From Candidatus Marinacidobacterales bacterium (GTDB taxonomy: Bacteria > Acidobacteriota > Vicinamibacteria > Marinacidobacterales > SMYC01): DNA of 64,000 bases. Position 1 is the stretch's first letter; the number at the start of each line of letters is the position of its first letter. The stretch is from positions 224,001 to 288,000 of the forward strand of contig CBDCYI010000009.1 of assembly GCA_965224085.1 (NCBI GenBank), written 5' to 3'. The notes below the pieces were generated by a model that saw only the letters and a program-made list of their open reading frames with translations, searched no databases and was not told the origin of the DNA. A program made the translations under genes and the position numbers. Of this stretch, positions 1 to 9,655 are shown piece after piece.

Positions 1-1193
1 GTGCGGATCTCGAGAGGGTCGCCGTCAGTAATAATGAGGTTGGCTCGTTTGCCTTCCTCGATGCTCCCGAGCTCATCCGCAACGCCGAAAAGCTCGGCTG
101 GATAAAGGGTGATGCCTTTGAGCCCTTCCTCCCACGCGAGCCCCCGCCCCACGGCGTTTCCTACTTCGTACGGCAAGAGCCTCGAGTTCGCCGAGTTGTA
201 TGACGCGAAGATGACCCGAACCCCGGCGGCTTGAAGTTCCGACGCGGCGGTGAGTGGCTTGTCATACGCTTCATCTTCCGTTCGTGGAAGCGTCAACGTC
301 GGGCCGAGAATCACAGGAATGTTCCTTTCTGCCAGAAGCTCTTTCTCTTTCCAAGCATCGCGCCCACTGAGAAGAATCATCTCGATGCTCTGCTCTTCTG
401 CGAACGTCATGGCTCTTTTGATGTCGCGGGCATCGTCCGCCATTATCATCATCGGCAGCTCGCCTTCGACGACTTTGGCGAGCGCTTCGAGCTTCAGGTC
501 CGGCTCTTTCTCTGAATCACCTGCGTAACGTCGCGCCGCGTCCATCCAATCTTCGAGCTCGGCAACGCGGTTCTCGTACTCCTCCTTGACTTCGGAGAAT
601 TTTCTTTCGACGCGGCTAAACGTCGAAAAGTCGAAAGTAGAGGTCTGGATGGTCGGCCAATGAAGGATCATGCCGACTGAAGTGTCGACCGCCATTTCCT
701 CGATCGTCCACCCTGCGAGGTTCAACAGCGAGGCTTGACCGTGGATACCGTACGTCCCCCCCACACCGAATCCTCCGGAGCCCCCAGGCGCAGTGACGGC
801 GTGTGTGATGCCGTTCGTCCGGGCGACCGGGATGTGCTCGCTCGAAGGATGCACGGCCGTGGCCGCAGTGAGTTGCGGGTTGTAGTCGCCGAGCTCCGTC
901 GTATCCACAGTCGCCGCGGTCGATCCGACCTCCGTCAAGCCGAGCCGGCTCACTGCATCCATCATTCCCGGATAGACCTCGAGCCCGGAGGCATCGATGA
1001 GTTCGACACCGGCCGGGACAGCGACGTTCGCACCAACTTCGGCAATCCGGCCGTCCCGGATGATGATCGTTCCATTCTCGATCGGCTCACCTGCGAGAGT
1101 CACAATTCTCCCGCCCTTGATCGCGATGACATTGTCTTGTGCCGTGGCTGCGATCGCGCTGAAGAGCGCCAAGATGGTAAGCGCTCGTATCAC
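1..1193 (-). CDS. Amidohydrolase-family protein with signal peptide, 3' end runs off the window (absent from ORF track)
   Basis: Manual translation from GTG at 1193 (overlaps upstream TGA): MIRALTILALFSAIAATAQDNVIAIKGGRIVT...VYPGMMDAVSRLG; in-frame distal end FGVADELGSIEEGKRANLIITDGDPLEIR. Lacks the HxH metal ligands. Confidence 0.85.
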   Translation of the reverse strand, partial: MIRALTILALFSAIAATAQDNVIAIKGGRIVTLAGEPIENGTIIIRDGRIAEVGANVAVPAGVELIDASGLEVYPGMMDAVSRLGLTEVGSTAATVDTTELGDYNPQLTAATAVHPSSEHIPVARTNGITHAVTAPGGSGGFGVGGTYGIHGQASLLNLAGWTIEEMAVDTSVGMILHWPTIQTSTFDFSTFSRVERKFSEVKEEYENRVAELEDWMDAARRYAGDSEKEPDLKLEALAKVVEGELPMMIMADDARDIKRAMTFAEEQSIEMILLSGRDAWKEKELLAERNIPVILGPTLTLPRTEDEAYDKPLTAASELQAAGVRVIFASYNSANSRLLPYEVGNAVGRGLAWEEGLKGITLYPAELFGVADELGSIEEGKRANLIITDGDPLEIR

Positions 1194-2511
1194 TGCTTTT
1201 CCTCCGTTGCCGGCTTCAGCCGTTCCATGAGTTGCGCGCGCTCTTCCGCCAACGCTTTGTAGCGCTCGGCGTCTTCTTCGCGGTCGAAGTAGACTTTCCC
1301 GTCAACGATTGTTTTCAGCGGAACAGCGTAGACGCTCAAAGGATGCGTGTCGAAGATGGCGAAGTCGGCATCCTTCCCCACTTCTATCGAGCCCACGCGG
1401 TCATCGATGCGAAGCTGTTTGGCGGGGTTGATCGAGCGAGTGCCTGCGCCTCACTCAACCCTCCCCACTTCATGGTCTTCGCCGCTTCTTGGTTGAGATG
1501 GCGCGCTTCCTCGGCACTATCCGAGTTGAGCGAGACCAAGACACCTTTTTCTGTCATGAGCGCCGCGTTGTACGGGATCGCGTCATAGGCTTCCATCTTG
1601 TACGCCCACCAATCCGAAAACGTCGAGGCGCCCGCGCCGTGCTCCGCAATCTCTTTGGCGACCTTGTAGCCCTCGAGAACGTGCTGGAGTGTCGCGATGC
1701 GGAAATCGAACTCTTCCGCGACGCGAAGAAGCTGCAAAATCTCGTCGGCGCGGTAGCAATGGGCGTGAACGAGACGCTTGCCCTCCATGATCTCGACGAG
1801 AGGCTCGAGCTCGAAATCACGCCTAGGAGGTCTTTTTGAGACGCCACCGGACGCACCGTGGGCCTTTGAAGCCTCGTATTCCTGCCACTGCTTGCGATAG
1901 GCGCGCGCTTTGGTGAACGCTTCCCGGATAACGTCGATGACGCCCATCCGCGTCGCGGGATAGCGGCGGGGGACGCCGCGCCGCCCGCCGCGTGAGCGTT
2001 TCGGGTTTTCTCCGAGCGCAAATTTGATGCCGGGAAGCGCCCCTTTGAAAAGAAGTCCCTCCGCGTCACTCCCCCATCGATGTTTGATCACGGCGTTCTT
2101 TCCGCCGATGGGGTTCGCGCTTCCGTGAAGGACGTTCGACGTCGTCACCCCGCCGGCGAGCTCGCGATAGATATTGATATCGGTCGGGTCGATGACATCC
2201 TCGATACCCGTCATCGATGACACCGCGATACTGCCTTCGTTGATCGACTCGGCCGCGATGTGCGAATGCGCGTCGATGATGCCCGGCATGACAAACTGCC
2301 CGCTCGCGTCGATGACTAAACCACCCTCTGGAACGGAGATATTCGTGCCGATCTCCTCGATCTTGCCGTCGCGGGCGAGGATGTCGCCGCTCAGCATCGT
2401 GCCGTTCGTCACCGTCAAGATCGTTCCCCCACGGATCACCACCGTTTGCGCCTCGGCGACGCTAACGCTTGCGACGAGACCAACCGTCCAAACGAATCTC
2501 ATTACATTCAC
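1190..2511 (-). pseudogene. Metal-dependent amidohydrolase split by a frameshift near 1430
   Basis: ORF 1384..2511 has MPGIIDAHSH, AHCYRADE, QHVLEGYK and SLNSD; the C-terminus INPAKQLRIDDRVGSIEVGKDAD continues in the frame of ORF 1190..1396. Confidence 0.8.
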
Positions 2512-3809
2512 GGCGCCCCTCCTTCGTCCGCAGACTTCCGAATCTCGTATTTCGCGCCATCCACGAAAACCGCTTCGATCCGTGTGCCCTCTTCGAAGAG
2601 CTCACCATCCACCACGATGACGTTTGCAATTTTTCCAGCTTCGAGGCTTCCGAGTCGATCGTCGACACCGAAGATAGTCGCGGGCCCGAGGGTCAACGCG
2701 TGGAGCGCGCCCTCGTGGGTCAAACCTCGATCGATGGCTTTTCGAATGCGTGCAAATATCTCTTCGGGGCTCTCCAGTCCGTCCGAGTAAAACCCAAACG
2801 TGACGCCCGCTTCCGCAAGCGCTGCCGGTGTTCCGGGCGCCTGCTCCCGCATTCTAAGGACTCGGAGCGGCTCTTCCTCTTCCGGGTCTCCATCCTTTTC
2901 CGCCTCCGGCCACTTCAAGCTCACGAGCGCGGCAACGTTCTCGGAGGCGAGGAACTCGGACGCGCCGTGGCCTTCATGTAGCCCGTAGACCACCGGGCGA
3001 ACCCCGATCTCGCGGCCGAGCCGCACCGCTCGCTCGATCTCATGCTTCCAGTGCCCCGGCATGAGCACCGTCCAACCGTCCACCTGAGCCTTTGCAAGTG
3101 GCGCGAGCGCGCGATCGTAGCGCGGCCGCCTCTTTCCGCGTGGCTCGCGCGCGTAGGCGGCCTGGCTCTCGCGGTAATGTGCGGCGTCGGAGAAAACTTG
3201 CCGAATGTAGGCCACAACGCCCATGAGCGAGCCTGGAAAACTCCGATTCGCTCTCGGTTCGAAGTTCACTCTGAGAGCCTCAGGTGTCGTGACGACGAGA
3301 TCTTCATCGCGCTCCCCGGCAAGGTTGAGAAAGGCCGCTTGGCCGCTCACGATGCCTTTCGAGGGAGACGACACAGTGGAGGTAAAGCCGGCACTTCGCC
3401 AAGCCTCGATGCGGTCGTCGTCGAGCGCTAGCGTGTCGGCCGCGGCGGTCCACGACGTCGTTCCTGGCCGGTCCTCAGGACCTCGCGAGAACGGCACTTC
3501 GTCACTCGCTTCGCTCTTTTTGAGAGCGATATCCGACAACGCGTCGACCAACCCTGGATAGACGAACTTGCCGCTACCGTCGATGACCCACGCGCCATCG
3601 GGAACTTCGACCGAAGGGCCGACGGCCGTGATCAAACCGTCCTCGATAACCTCACCCGCCCCGACTACGATACGCGCACCGGTGATGGCGTAGCGATCGG
3701 GACCTTTGGGCCGCTCGGCCGTGACCGCCCCCGCCCTGATGAGGACGACGAGGACGACGAGGACGACGAGAACGCTCGCGATACAAAGTCGAAGAATATT
3801 TGTCTTCAT
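2508..3809 (-). CDS. Amidohydrolase-family protein with signal peptide
   Basis: YAITGARIV, VYPGLVDAL, LTLGPATIFGVDDRLGSLEAGKIANVIV; HxH absent. Confidence 0.85.
   Translation of the reverse strand: MKTNILRLCIASVLVVLVVLVVLIRAGAVTAERPKGPDRYAITGARIVVGAGEVIEDGLITAVGPSVEVPDGAWVIDGSGKFVYPGLVDALSDIALKKSEASDEVPFSRGPEDRPGTTSWTAAADTLALDDDRIEAWRSAGFTSTVSSPSKGIVSGQAAFLNLAGERDEDLVVTTPEALRVNFEPRANRSFPGSLMGVVAYIRQVFSDAAHYRESQAAYAREPRGKRRPRYDRALAPLAKAQVDGWTVLMPGHWKHEIERAVRLGREIGVRPVVYGLHEGHGASEFLASENVAALVSLKWPEAEKDGDPEEEEPLRVLRMREQAPGTPAALAEAGVTFGFYSDGLESPEEIFARIRKAIDRGLTHEGALHALTLGPATIFGVDDRLGSLEAGKIANVIVVDGELFEEGTRIEAVFVDGAKYEIRKSADEGGAP
3741..3770. repeat. 9-bp tandem repeat (GAGGACGAC)x3 plus GAG, encoding LVVLVVLVVL in a signal peptide
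   Basis: Read directly from the sequence. Confidence 0.85.
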
Positions 3810-3895
3810 TCTCGGCTCCTATAACTGCGGGACGGACAGTAAAGGTGCGGCCCGCCGCTGTCAACTCGGAACCGTCTGCTAGAATGCATAGCAAT

Positions 3896-5407
3896 ATGGA
3901 GAAGTTCTATCTCACGACCGCCATCGACTTCGTCAATAGCCGCCCTCATCTCGGAACGGCCTATGAAAAAGTGACCGCTGATGTCATCGCACGCTTCAAG
4001 CGTCTCGCCGGCTATGACACCCACTTCGTCATGGGCAATGACGAACACTCGCTGAACGTCTTCAAGAAAGCGGAAGAGCTCGGCATCGAGCCCCTCGCCT
4101 ATTGCGACAAGATGGAGAAGGAGTTCAAGGACGTCTGGAAGCAGCTCGACGTCTCTTTCGACGATTTCATCCGCACTACCGAGCCGCGGCACAAGACCGC
4201 CGTTCAGGCGCTCTTGCGGCGCATTCACGATGCGGGCGACGTGTTCGAGGCAAGCTACGAGGGCTGGTACTGCAATTCTTGCGAAGGATTCAAGTTGGAA
4301 AAAGACCTCGTCGACGGCAGCTGTCCGCTGCACCATACGAAAGCCGCGTGGCTCGAGGAGCGCAACCACTTTTTCAGACTCTCCAAATACCAGGAGCCGC
4401 TGCTCGAGCACTACCGAAGCAACCCGGGTTTTCTCGTTCCCGACACACGGCGCAATGAGGTTTTGAGCATGATTGAATCCGGACTCACGGACTTCTCAAT
4501 CAGCCGGGAAAGCCAGAGGTGGGGCATTCCAGTGCCTTTCGACGAGGAGAGCGTCGTCTATGTCTGGGTAGACGCGCTCATCAATTACATCTCCGCCGTG
4601 GGCTACGGCCAAAGCGGTGCGCCAGGTGCGTTGTACTCCAAATGGTGGCCCGCCGATCTTCACATCATTGGCAAGGACATCACCAAATTCCATTGCATCT
4701 ATTGGCCGGCGATGCTCATGAGCGCCGGCGTCGCACTTCCCCGTCAAATAATCGGACACGGTTTCGTCACCTTCAGAGGCGAAAAGATGAGCAAGACACT
4801 CGGGACCGTCGTCGATCCTCTCGACGCGGCGAAACGTTTCGGTCCCGACCCGCTCAGGCTCTACCTCGTCCGCGAGATCATCTATGGACAAGACGGTGAT
4901 TTTTCGTGGGAACGTTTCGAGAACCGCTACAACGCGGACCTCGCCAACAATCTGGGAAACCTCGTGAGCCGCATCACGAGCATGTCGGAAAAATATCTCG
5001 ACGGTCATTTGGAGCCTCCCGCGAAGTCCGGAAAGCTTCGGCGACTCGTTGAAAACGCGGTGAAGCAGTACCACGAAGCGATGGCGTCTCTCGCCCTCTC
5101 GGATGGCGCGTCGCAGGCCTTCGGGATCGTCGATGCGGTCAACGACTTCATCACAAAATCAGAGCCGTGGGCCCTCGCCAAGAATCCCGACGCCCGCGAG
5201 ACCCTCGCCAAAGTCCTCTATGACACCGCGGAAGCCACGCGGATCGCCGCGGTTCTCCTCCTACCGGTGATGCCGGGTTCCGCGGCCGAGATCCTGCGCC
5301 GTCTGGGTGCGAGTCCGGGAAGCTTCGCCGACGCAACCCCCTGGGGGGCTGGCGACGCGCTCAAAACTGAGAAGGGCCCCGCCCTCTGGCCCCGCTTGCA
5401 AGCTTAG
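3896..5407 (+). CDS. metG: Methionine--tRNA ligase, short form without C-terminal tRNA-binding domain
   Basis: FYLTTAIDFVNSRPHLGT (HIGH-like), YEGWYC zinc knuckle, YVWVDALINY, GKDITKFH, KMSKT; start moved to ATG 3896. Confidence 0.95.
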   Translation: MEKFYLTTAIDFVNSRPHLGTAYEKVTADVIARFKRLAGYDTHFVMGNDEHSLNVFKKAEELGIEPLAYCDKMEKEFKDVWKQLDVSFDDFIRTTEPRHKTAVQALLRRIHDAGDVFEASYEGWYCNSCEGFKLEKDLVDGSCPLHHTKAAWLEERNHFFRLSKYQEPLLEHYRSNPGFLVPDTRRNEVLSMIESGLTDFSISRESQRWGIPVPFDEESVVYVWVDALINYISAVGYGQSGAPGALYSKWWPADLHIIGKDITKFHCIYWPAMLMSAGVALPRQIIGHGFVTFRGEKMSKTLGTVVDPLDAAKRFGPDPLRLYLVREIIYGQDGDFSWERFENRYNADLANNLGNLVSRITSMSEKYLDGHLEPPAKSGKLRRLVENAVKQYHEAMASLALSDGASQAFGIVDAVNDFITKSEPWALAKNPDARETLAKVLYDTAEATRIAAVLLLPVMPGSAAEILRRLGASPGSFADATPWGAGDALKTEKGPALWPRLQA

Positions 5408-5541
5408 CGCTCTGGAGTCCTCTCCTAACCTAGCCTGCCTAGCCAGGTAAACCCTAGAAACGTTAGAACCGCAGATTACGATTCTGGCTGGTTAGAGGCT
5501 AAAAGGCAGATCGTCGATATTCAAGATCTGCACCCGAGAGT

Positions 5542-5664
5542 TGTTGTGGTGAGAGCAGAGTTGGGGGGATGCGGCCTCTCCACTACCCCTGGTTGGGGCC
5601 GGGGGCAAAATGTTGTCCGCACACCTTGGTTTTTGGGTTGGGGAACTCCACCCTCACCACGACA
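5542..5664 (-). ncRNA. Candidate structured rod-shaped non-coding RNA, family unassigned
   Basis: 21-nt closing inverted repeat (5542-5562 / 5644-5664) and nested inner stems; plus-strand A-C mismatches become G-U pairs on the minus strand; lies between convergent genes. Confidence 0.45.
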
Positions 5665-5762
5665 GAGATATTTACACCGAAGTTCCAGCAGGAAACGTGA
5701 TCTAGCGCACATTTTGACTTTTCTGAGCGCAAAAGTTCGTTTTCAGCAGGGTTCGTACGCCG

Positions 5763-6875
5763 TCACCCCGAAGAATCTACCTCGAACAGCTTCAAAAAGT
5801 CTTCGATCGGCGCCGGCGCGACCCCGGCGACCCCAAGATTCTCTCGAACGTGATCGATTGTTTTCATACCGACAAGTGCGGTAATGATGCCCGGGGCCGA
5901 TCGGACGAACTGGATGCAGCGTTGGGCGTCCGTGGCAAAGCCTTTGAAGAGCGTGCCGAGCCATTCGGGAAGACCTTGGGTCAGCCGACCTTGCGCGATG
6001 CTGGCGGACGCGACGATGCATACGTTGAGAGATTCCGCGGCCTGGCAAAGCGATAGAGTCTCCCCCGCGACCGATTGGGTTTGTAACGTCAGCCCTTCCG
6101 TCATTGCTAGGTTGAACGGCGCCTGCAAGAACCGGAAGTGGTGACCGTCTGGAGCCACCTCCCTGGCGATTCCCACAACTTCCTCGAGCGACATGTAGTC
6201 CGGAGCACCCGCCTCCACACGATAGGCATTCCAGGTCGCTGTGCCATAGAACGCGATCTTCCTCTCAGCGACAGCACTCTCTAGAAACTCGAAAGCGCTC
6301 CGGAGTTGGTCACGAAACGTATCTCGATCGCGCACTGCGAGCTGGGCTTCGGGGTTATGAAGGTAGTAGATATCGATTGTCGACACACCGAGATTGGTGA
6401 GGCTCTGGTCGAGCTGATCGGCGAGAAAGGCCGGGGTGATCGCGTGGTTGCCTCGAGCGAGGTCGTCGGGCCCGAAAAGCGAGCGCGCGATATAGTGCTC
6501 ATCGACCCAATCTTGCGGATTGTCGGGCGGCGCACCATCGAAAGCAATGTATCCGCCTTTCGTCGCGAGCACGAGCTGGTCGCGGTCGACTCCCGCTTTT
6601 GCGAGTTTCTCGAGCGCCCGGCCAATGGCGCGCTCGCTGCGCTGGCACCGATAGGTACTCGCGGTGTCGATCACGTTACATCCCATCCCGACCGCTTCGA
6701 GGATGGCTTCCGTATACGCGTCGTCCGTGGCATCGTCCGTCGCTCCGAGATAGGTACCCAACCCGATGGTGGAAAGTTTGAGACCGCAGGCCTCCCGAAA
6801 ATGCGCGGCCGCGACGTCTTGTTTGACAGCTCGCGCCGTGAATGTCTCCGTCCCAGATGTGGTGGCGCCCGACAA
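5763..6875 (-). CDS. Aldo/keto reductase
   Basis: STIGLGTY, IDTASTY, SERAIG, LATKGG, IDIYYLHNP. Confidence 0.92.
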   Translation of the reverse strand: MSGATTSGTETFTARAVKQDVAAAHFREACGLKLSTIGLGTYLGATDDATDDAYTEAILEAVGMGCNVIDTASTYRCQRSERAIGRALEKLAKAGVDRDQLVLATKGGYIAFDGAPPDNPQDWVDEHYIARSLFGPDDLARGNHAITPAFLADQLDQSLTNLGVSTIDIYYLHNPEAQLAVRDRDTFRDQLRSAFEFLESAVAERKIAFYGTATWNAYRVEAGAPDYMSLEEVVGIAREVAPDGHHFRFLQAPFNLAMTEGLTLQTQSVAGETLSLCQAAESLNVCIVASASIAQGRLTQGLPEWLGTLFKGFATDAQRCIQFVRSAPGIITALVGMKTIDHVRENLGVAGVAPAPIEDFLKLFEVDSSG

Positions 6876-6884
6876 ACTCTCCTC

Positions 6885-7379
6885 CTATTGAACGTACTGA
6901 ACGGGGCTACCGCTTGAAGTTTTGACTCCAACGCCGTGTCGGTAGACGAGCGCGCCGCCGCGCCCCGCCGTTTGAATAAGCACGCCGGCCGTGATGAGAG
7001 CGATGGCAAGTGCTCCGTAGCGCCGCGCGTTCGGCCGCGGAAAAAACTCGGCACGGTCACGCCACGCGAGATCGAATCGTAAGAACGCGGTGAGAAACAA
7101 GCCCAGGACCGACCCAAAGGCCCAATCCCCGTGCACCGCAACGAGCTCGCTTACAGCGGGGTCGAGACGCTCAATCATCGCGTTCTCCGCGAGCTTGCCG
7201 CTCACGGCTGCCGCGCCCGACCCAAGTGCGGCCAACCCGTAAATGAGGACCGCGGCCCGGTCGAGCCACATCGTAGGCCACCGCACGAGAACAGCCGTGT
7301 CACACAAAACCGCCGTCATGAACAGGGCGATGGGAAAGTGAACGAAGAGTGGATGCAGGTTCGGGAGCGACGAAAGCAG
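6885..7379 (-). CDS. DUF2231-like membrane protein, probable CTG start
   Basis: In-frame extension upstream of ORF 6885..7319 gives PNLHPLFVHFPIAL; C-terminal GGALVYRHGVG; AGGAGG 6 nt before CTG at 7379. Confidence 0.75.
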   Translation of the reverse strand: MLSSLPNLHPLFVHFPIALFMTAVLCDTAVLVRWPTMWLDRAAVLIYGLAALGSGAAAVSGKLAENAMIERLDPAVSELVAVHGDWAFGSVLGLFLTAFLRFDLAWRDRAEFFPRPNARRYGALAIALITAGVLIQTAGRGGALVYRHGVGVKTSSGSPVQYVQ

Positions 7380-7445
7380 AAATAGCCTCCTAATCTTCAG
7401 AAAGACTACCCCGCCGCCGCCTGCCGGGACAAGCTGTATCCGTCT

Positions 7446-8744
7446 TCACGAGCCCAGCATGTCGATGGTGGCCGCGGTCTCGATCCCGGTCTCCAAGAAC
7501 ACGAATTGCCAGGCCTTTCTTTGTTTCGCCGGAAGCTCGGAAAGGCGCACTTCTCCGTAGCTGCGATCGATCAAGCGCAGGGCACCGCGGGCATCGTCCT
7601 CGATAACGTCCTCGGCGCCACGCTCCGAGGCGAGCGCTTTGGCCGTCCAGAGCAGCATCGGATACAGGACGAGTAGCCTCGGTACAGCTTCTACGAACGG
7701 AATCTCCCCCTCCCCCTCTCTCAGGAAACGTTGGCCAAGGATCTTGGCCGATAGATATTGCTCAAAGAGACGGTCTCCGGAATCGGAGAGAAAAAAACCC
7801 GGACGAACGGCGTCCACGTATGCATAGCTCTCGGTGAGCTCGCGGTTGCCGAGCCACGGGCGTGCTTTCTCGAATTTGTATCCGTTCGCCGCTTGGATCC
7901 GGAGGGCGACTTCTTTTTGTCGCGCCTTCCCCGAAGCCCGGTAGAGCTCGGCCGGCGTCGGGTTGAGCAGAAGAAACATCAAATGAAAGAAGATAGCGCG
8001 CTGCGTCTTGTCCATGCCGCCCCTGGCGGGCCGCTCTCGAATCTGCTGGGGGATGCCCTTGGCCATCACTTGCCGCAACGTGCGCGCGGCATCCGTCCTG
8101 GGGTCGCTGGTCGTTCCGAGCCGCATGAACTCGGCGACAGCCCGAACGCGCTCGAACATCGACATCGAGCCATCGGAAAAAAGCCCCAGGATTTCGTGCT
8201 CGAGCTCCCAAAGAAGCCTTCCAGAAACCTCGTATTTCTTGGAAAATCGATAGGTACGCTGGCGCTCAACGACAGAAGCTTCGAAAGCGAGCTTGGTCCA
8301 CTCGGGCACGCGTTTTCTTATCGGCGCGCCTGTCAGGGCACTTATCGACCGGCAGGCGAAGGAAACATCGACCGCTATTCGATCTCCCACAGGCAAGAAG
8401 CCGAACGGGAAGAGCCGGCAGACGAGCGGCTTCGTTTTGCCGCCGAAATGCTCGTGGATCTGACACTGATTCTCGGCGCCGAGAAAAACGCAGGCACCAT
8501 CGGGACGCCGCGCCAAGACCCTCCGGCCACTCCGCGCGCTCCCGCCAAACCCGCCAAACCCGGAAGACACGTGGTCGACAATATTCGTCTCCACCAACGC
8601 GTCTACCAGCCCGTTCCAATCTAAAGCCGACAACCGCTCGAGCTCACCAGGGCCAAGTAGAATCTGCCACCCGCGGCAACAATCCCCACACCGGGTACAC
8701 TCGAAGCGCAAACTCGCGGGAAAGGAGAAAGCAGGCTGGCTCAC
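7446..8744 (-). CDS. YkgJ-type cysteine-cluster (CxxCxxCC) protein, FliB-like
   Basis: FECTRCGDCC, CVFL, CQIH, KPLVCRLFP; GTG 8744 overlaps the stop of the upstream cytochrome gene. Confidence 0.8.
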   Translation of the reverse strand: MSQPAFSFPASLRFECTRCGDCCRGWQILLGPGELERLSALDWNGLVDALVETNIVDHVSSGFGGFGGSARSGRRVLARRPDGACVFLGAENQCQIHEHFGGKTKPLVCRLFPFGFLPVGDRIAVDVSFACRSISALTGAPIRKRVPEWTKLAFEASVVERQRTYRFSKKYEVSGRLLWELEHEILGLFSDGSMSMFERVRAVAEFMRLGTTSDPRTDAARTLRQVMAKGIPQQIRERPARGGMDKTQRAIFFHLMFLLLNPTPAELYRASGKARQKEVALRIQAANGYKFEKARPWLGNRELTESYAYVDAVRPGFFLSDSGDRLFEQYLSAKILGQRFLREGEGEIPFVEAVPRLLVLYPMLLWTAKALASERGAEDVIEDDARGALRLIDRSYGEVRLSELPAKQRKAWQFVFLETGIETAATIDMLGS

Positions 8745-9148
8745 GGTTTCCGCGTGTGGACCCAATTGGTCCACTCCGCCTCGGGCGGCATCACGAACTC
8801 GCGGGCATGGTCAGGTTCATCGCTTCCGTGACAGCGGCGGCACGTCGCCTCCGTCGGGCGGATGAGTCCCGCCATCGACGCCTTCTCAGGATCGATCATG
8901 ACCTCCGCAGGCCAGTAATCTTCACCGCCGCCATGGCACGCTTCGCACTGGACCCCGCGCAGCCGAGCGCCGTCACTCGTGTGACACGAAAAACAGCGCT
9001 TTTCCGCGTCGACACCCACGGTGCCGGTGCTGGAATGGGATGTCCGCAGCCACGACTCGAACACAGCACGGTGGCAGAGCTTGCACCGCTCGGCTCCGAT
9101 ATAGCCGGTGAGAAGGCTGGCGCCCACCCACATCAAGGACAGACGCAT
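8741..9148 (-). CDS. Small tetraheme c-type cytochrome (c554-like)
   Basis: Four CxxCH motifs (CKLCH, CFSCH, CEACH, CRRCH), YIGAERC and GVQCEACHG signatures, hydrophobic N-terminus. Confidence 0.88.
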   Translation of the reverse strand: MRLSLMWVGASLLTGYIGAERCKLCHRAVFESWLRTSHSSTGTVGVDAEKRCFSCHTSDGARLRGVQCEACHGGGEDYWPAEVMIDPEKASMAGLIRPTEATCRRCHGSDEPDHAREFVMPPEAEWTNWVHTRKP

Positions 9149-9179
9149 GCGAACTCTCCGGAAACGGGCTCCGCCTCCC

Positions 9180-9611
9180 TCACCCCTCCGAGATGGTCAC
9201 TTTGATCATCTTGTCACCTTGCCGGATGGCGTCCACGACATCCTGCCCTTCGACAACGCGCCCAAAGACCGAATGTTTGTTGTCGAGCCAGGGCGTGGCG
9301 ACGTGCGTGATGAAGAACTGCGACCCGTTCGTATTCGGGCCGGCATTGGCCATCGACAGAATACCGGGGCCGGCATGTTTTAGCTCGGCGTGAAACTCGT
9401 CGTCGAATTTGTAGCCCGCGTCGCCGGTGCCGGTGCCCTGCGGGCAGCCCGTCTGGATCATGAAGTTGTCGAGGACCCGGTGGAACGTCAGACCGTCGTA
9501 AAATCCCTCCGTCGAGAGCTTGACGAAATTCTCGCACGTCCTGGGCACCTTATCGTCAAAAAGCTCCAAGCTGATAGTGCCCTTATCCGTTTCGATCGTC
9601 GCCGTCTTCAT
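9180..9611 (-). CDS. Cyclophilin-type peptidyl-prolyl cis-trans isomerase
   Basis: [37 protein letters not shown]; start at MKTATIE (9611). Confidence 0.95.
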   Translation of the reverse strand: MKTATIETDKGTISLELFDDKVPRTCENFVKLSTEGFYDGLTFHRVLDNFMIQTGCPQGTGTGDAGYKFDDEFHAELKHAGPGILSMANAGPNTNGSQFFITHVATPWLDNKHSVFGRVVEGQDVVDAIRQGDKMIKVTISEG

Positions 9612-9655
9612 CGATACTCCTTTTTGAGGGTGGCAAAGTTTGAATAGAAATTCTA

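Noticed and set aside
3800-3895. N-terminal extensions given by the ORF track (metG; likewise cyclophilin to 9935, lexA to 23015, addA from 44684)
   Set aside because: They overlap neighbouring genes or promoters and precede the conserved N-termini; downstream ATGs fit better.
5542-5664. tRNA, SRP RNA or T-box identity for the intergenic hairpin
   Set aside because: No cloverleaf or TTCGA arm, no SRP domain IV motif, and it lies downstream rather than upstream of metG.
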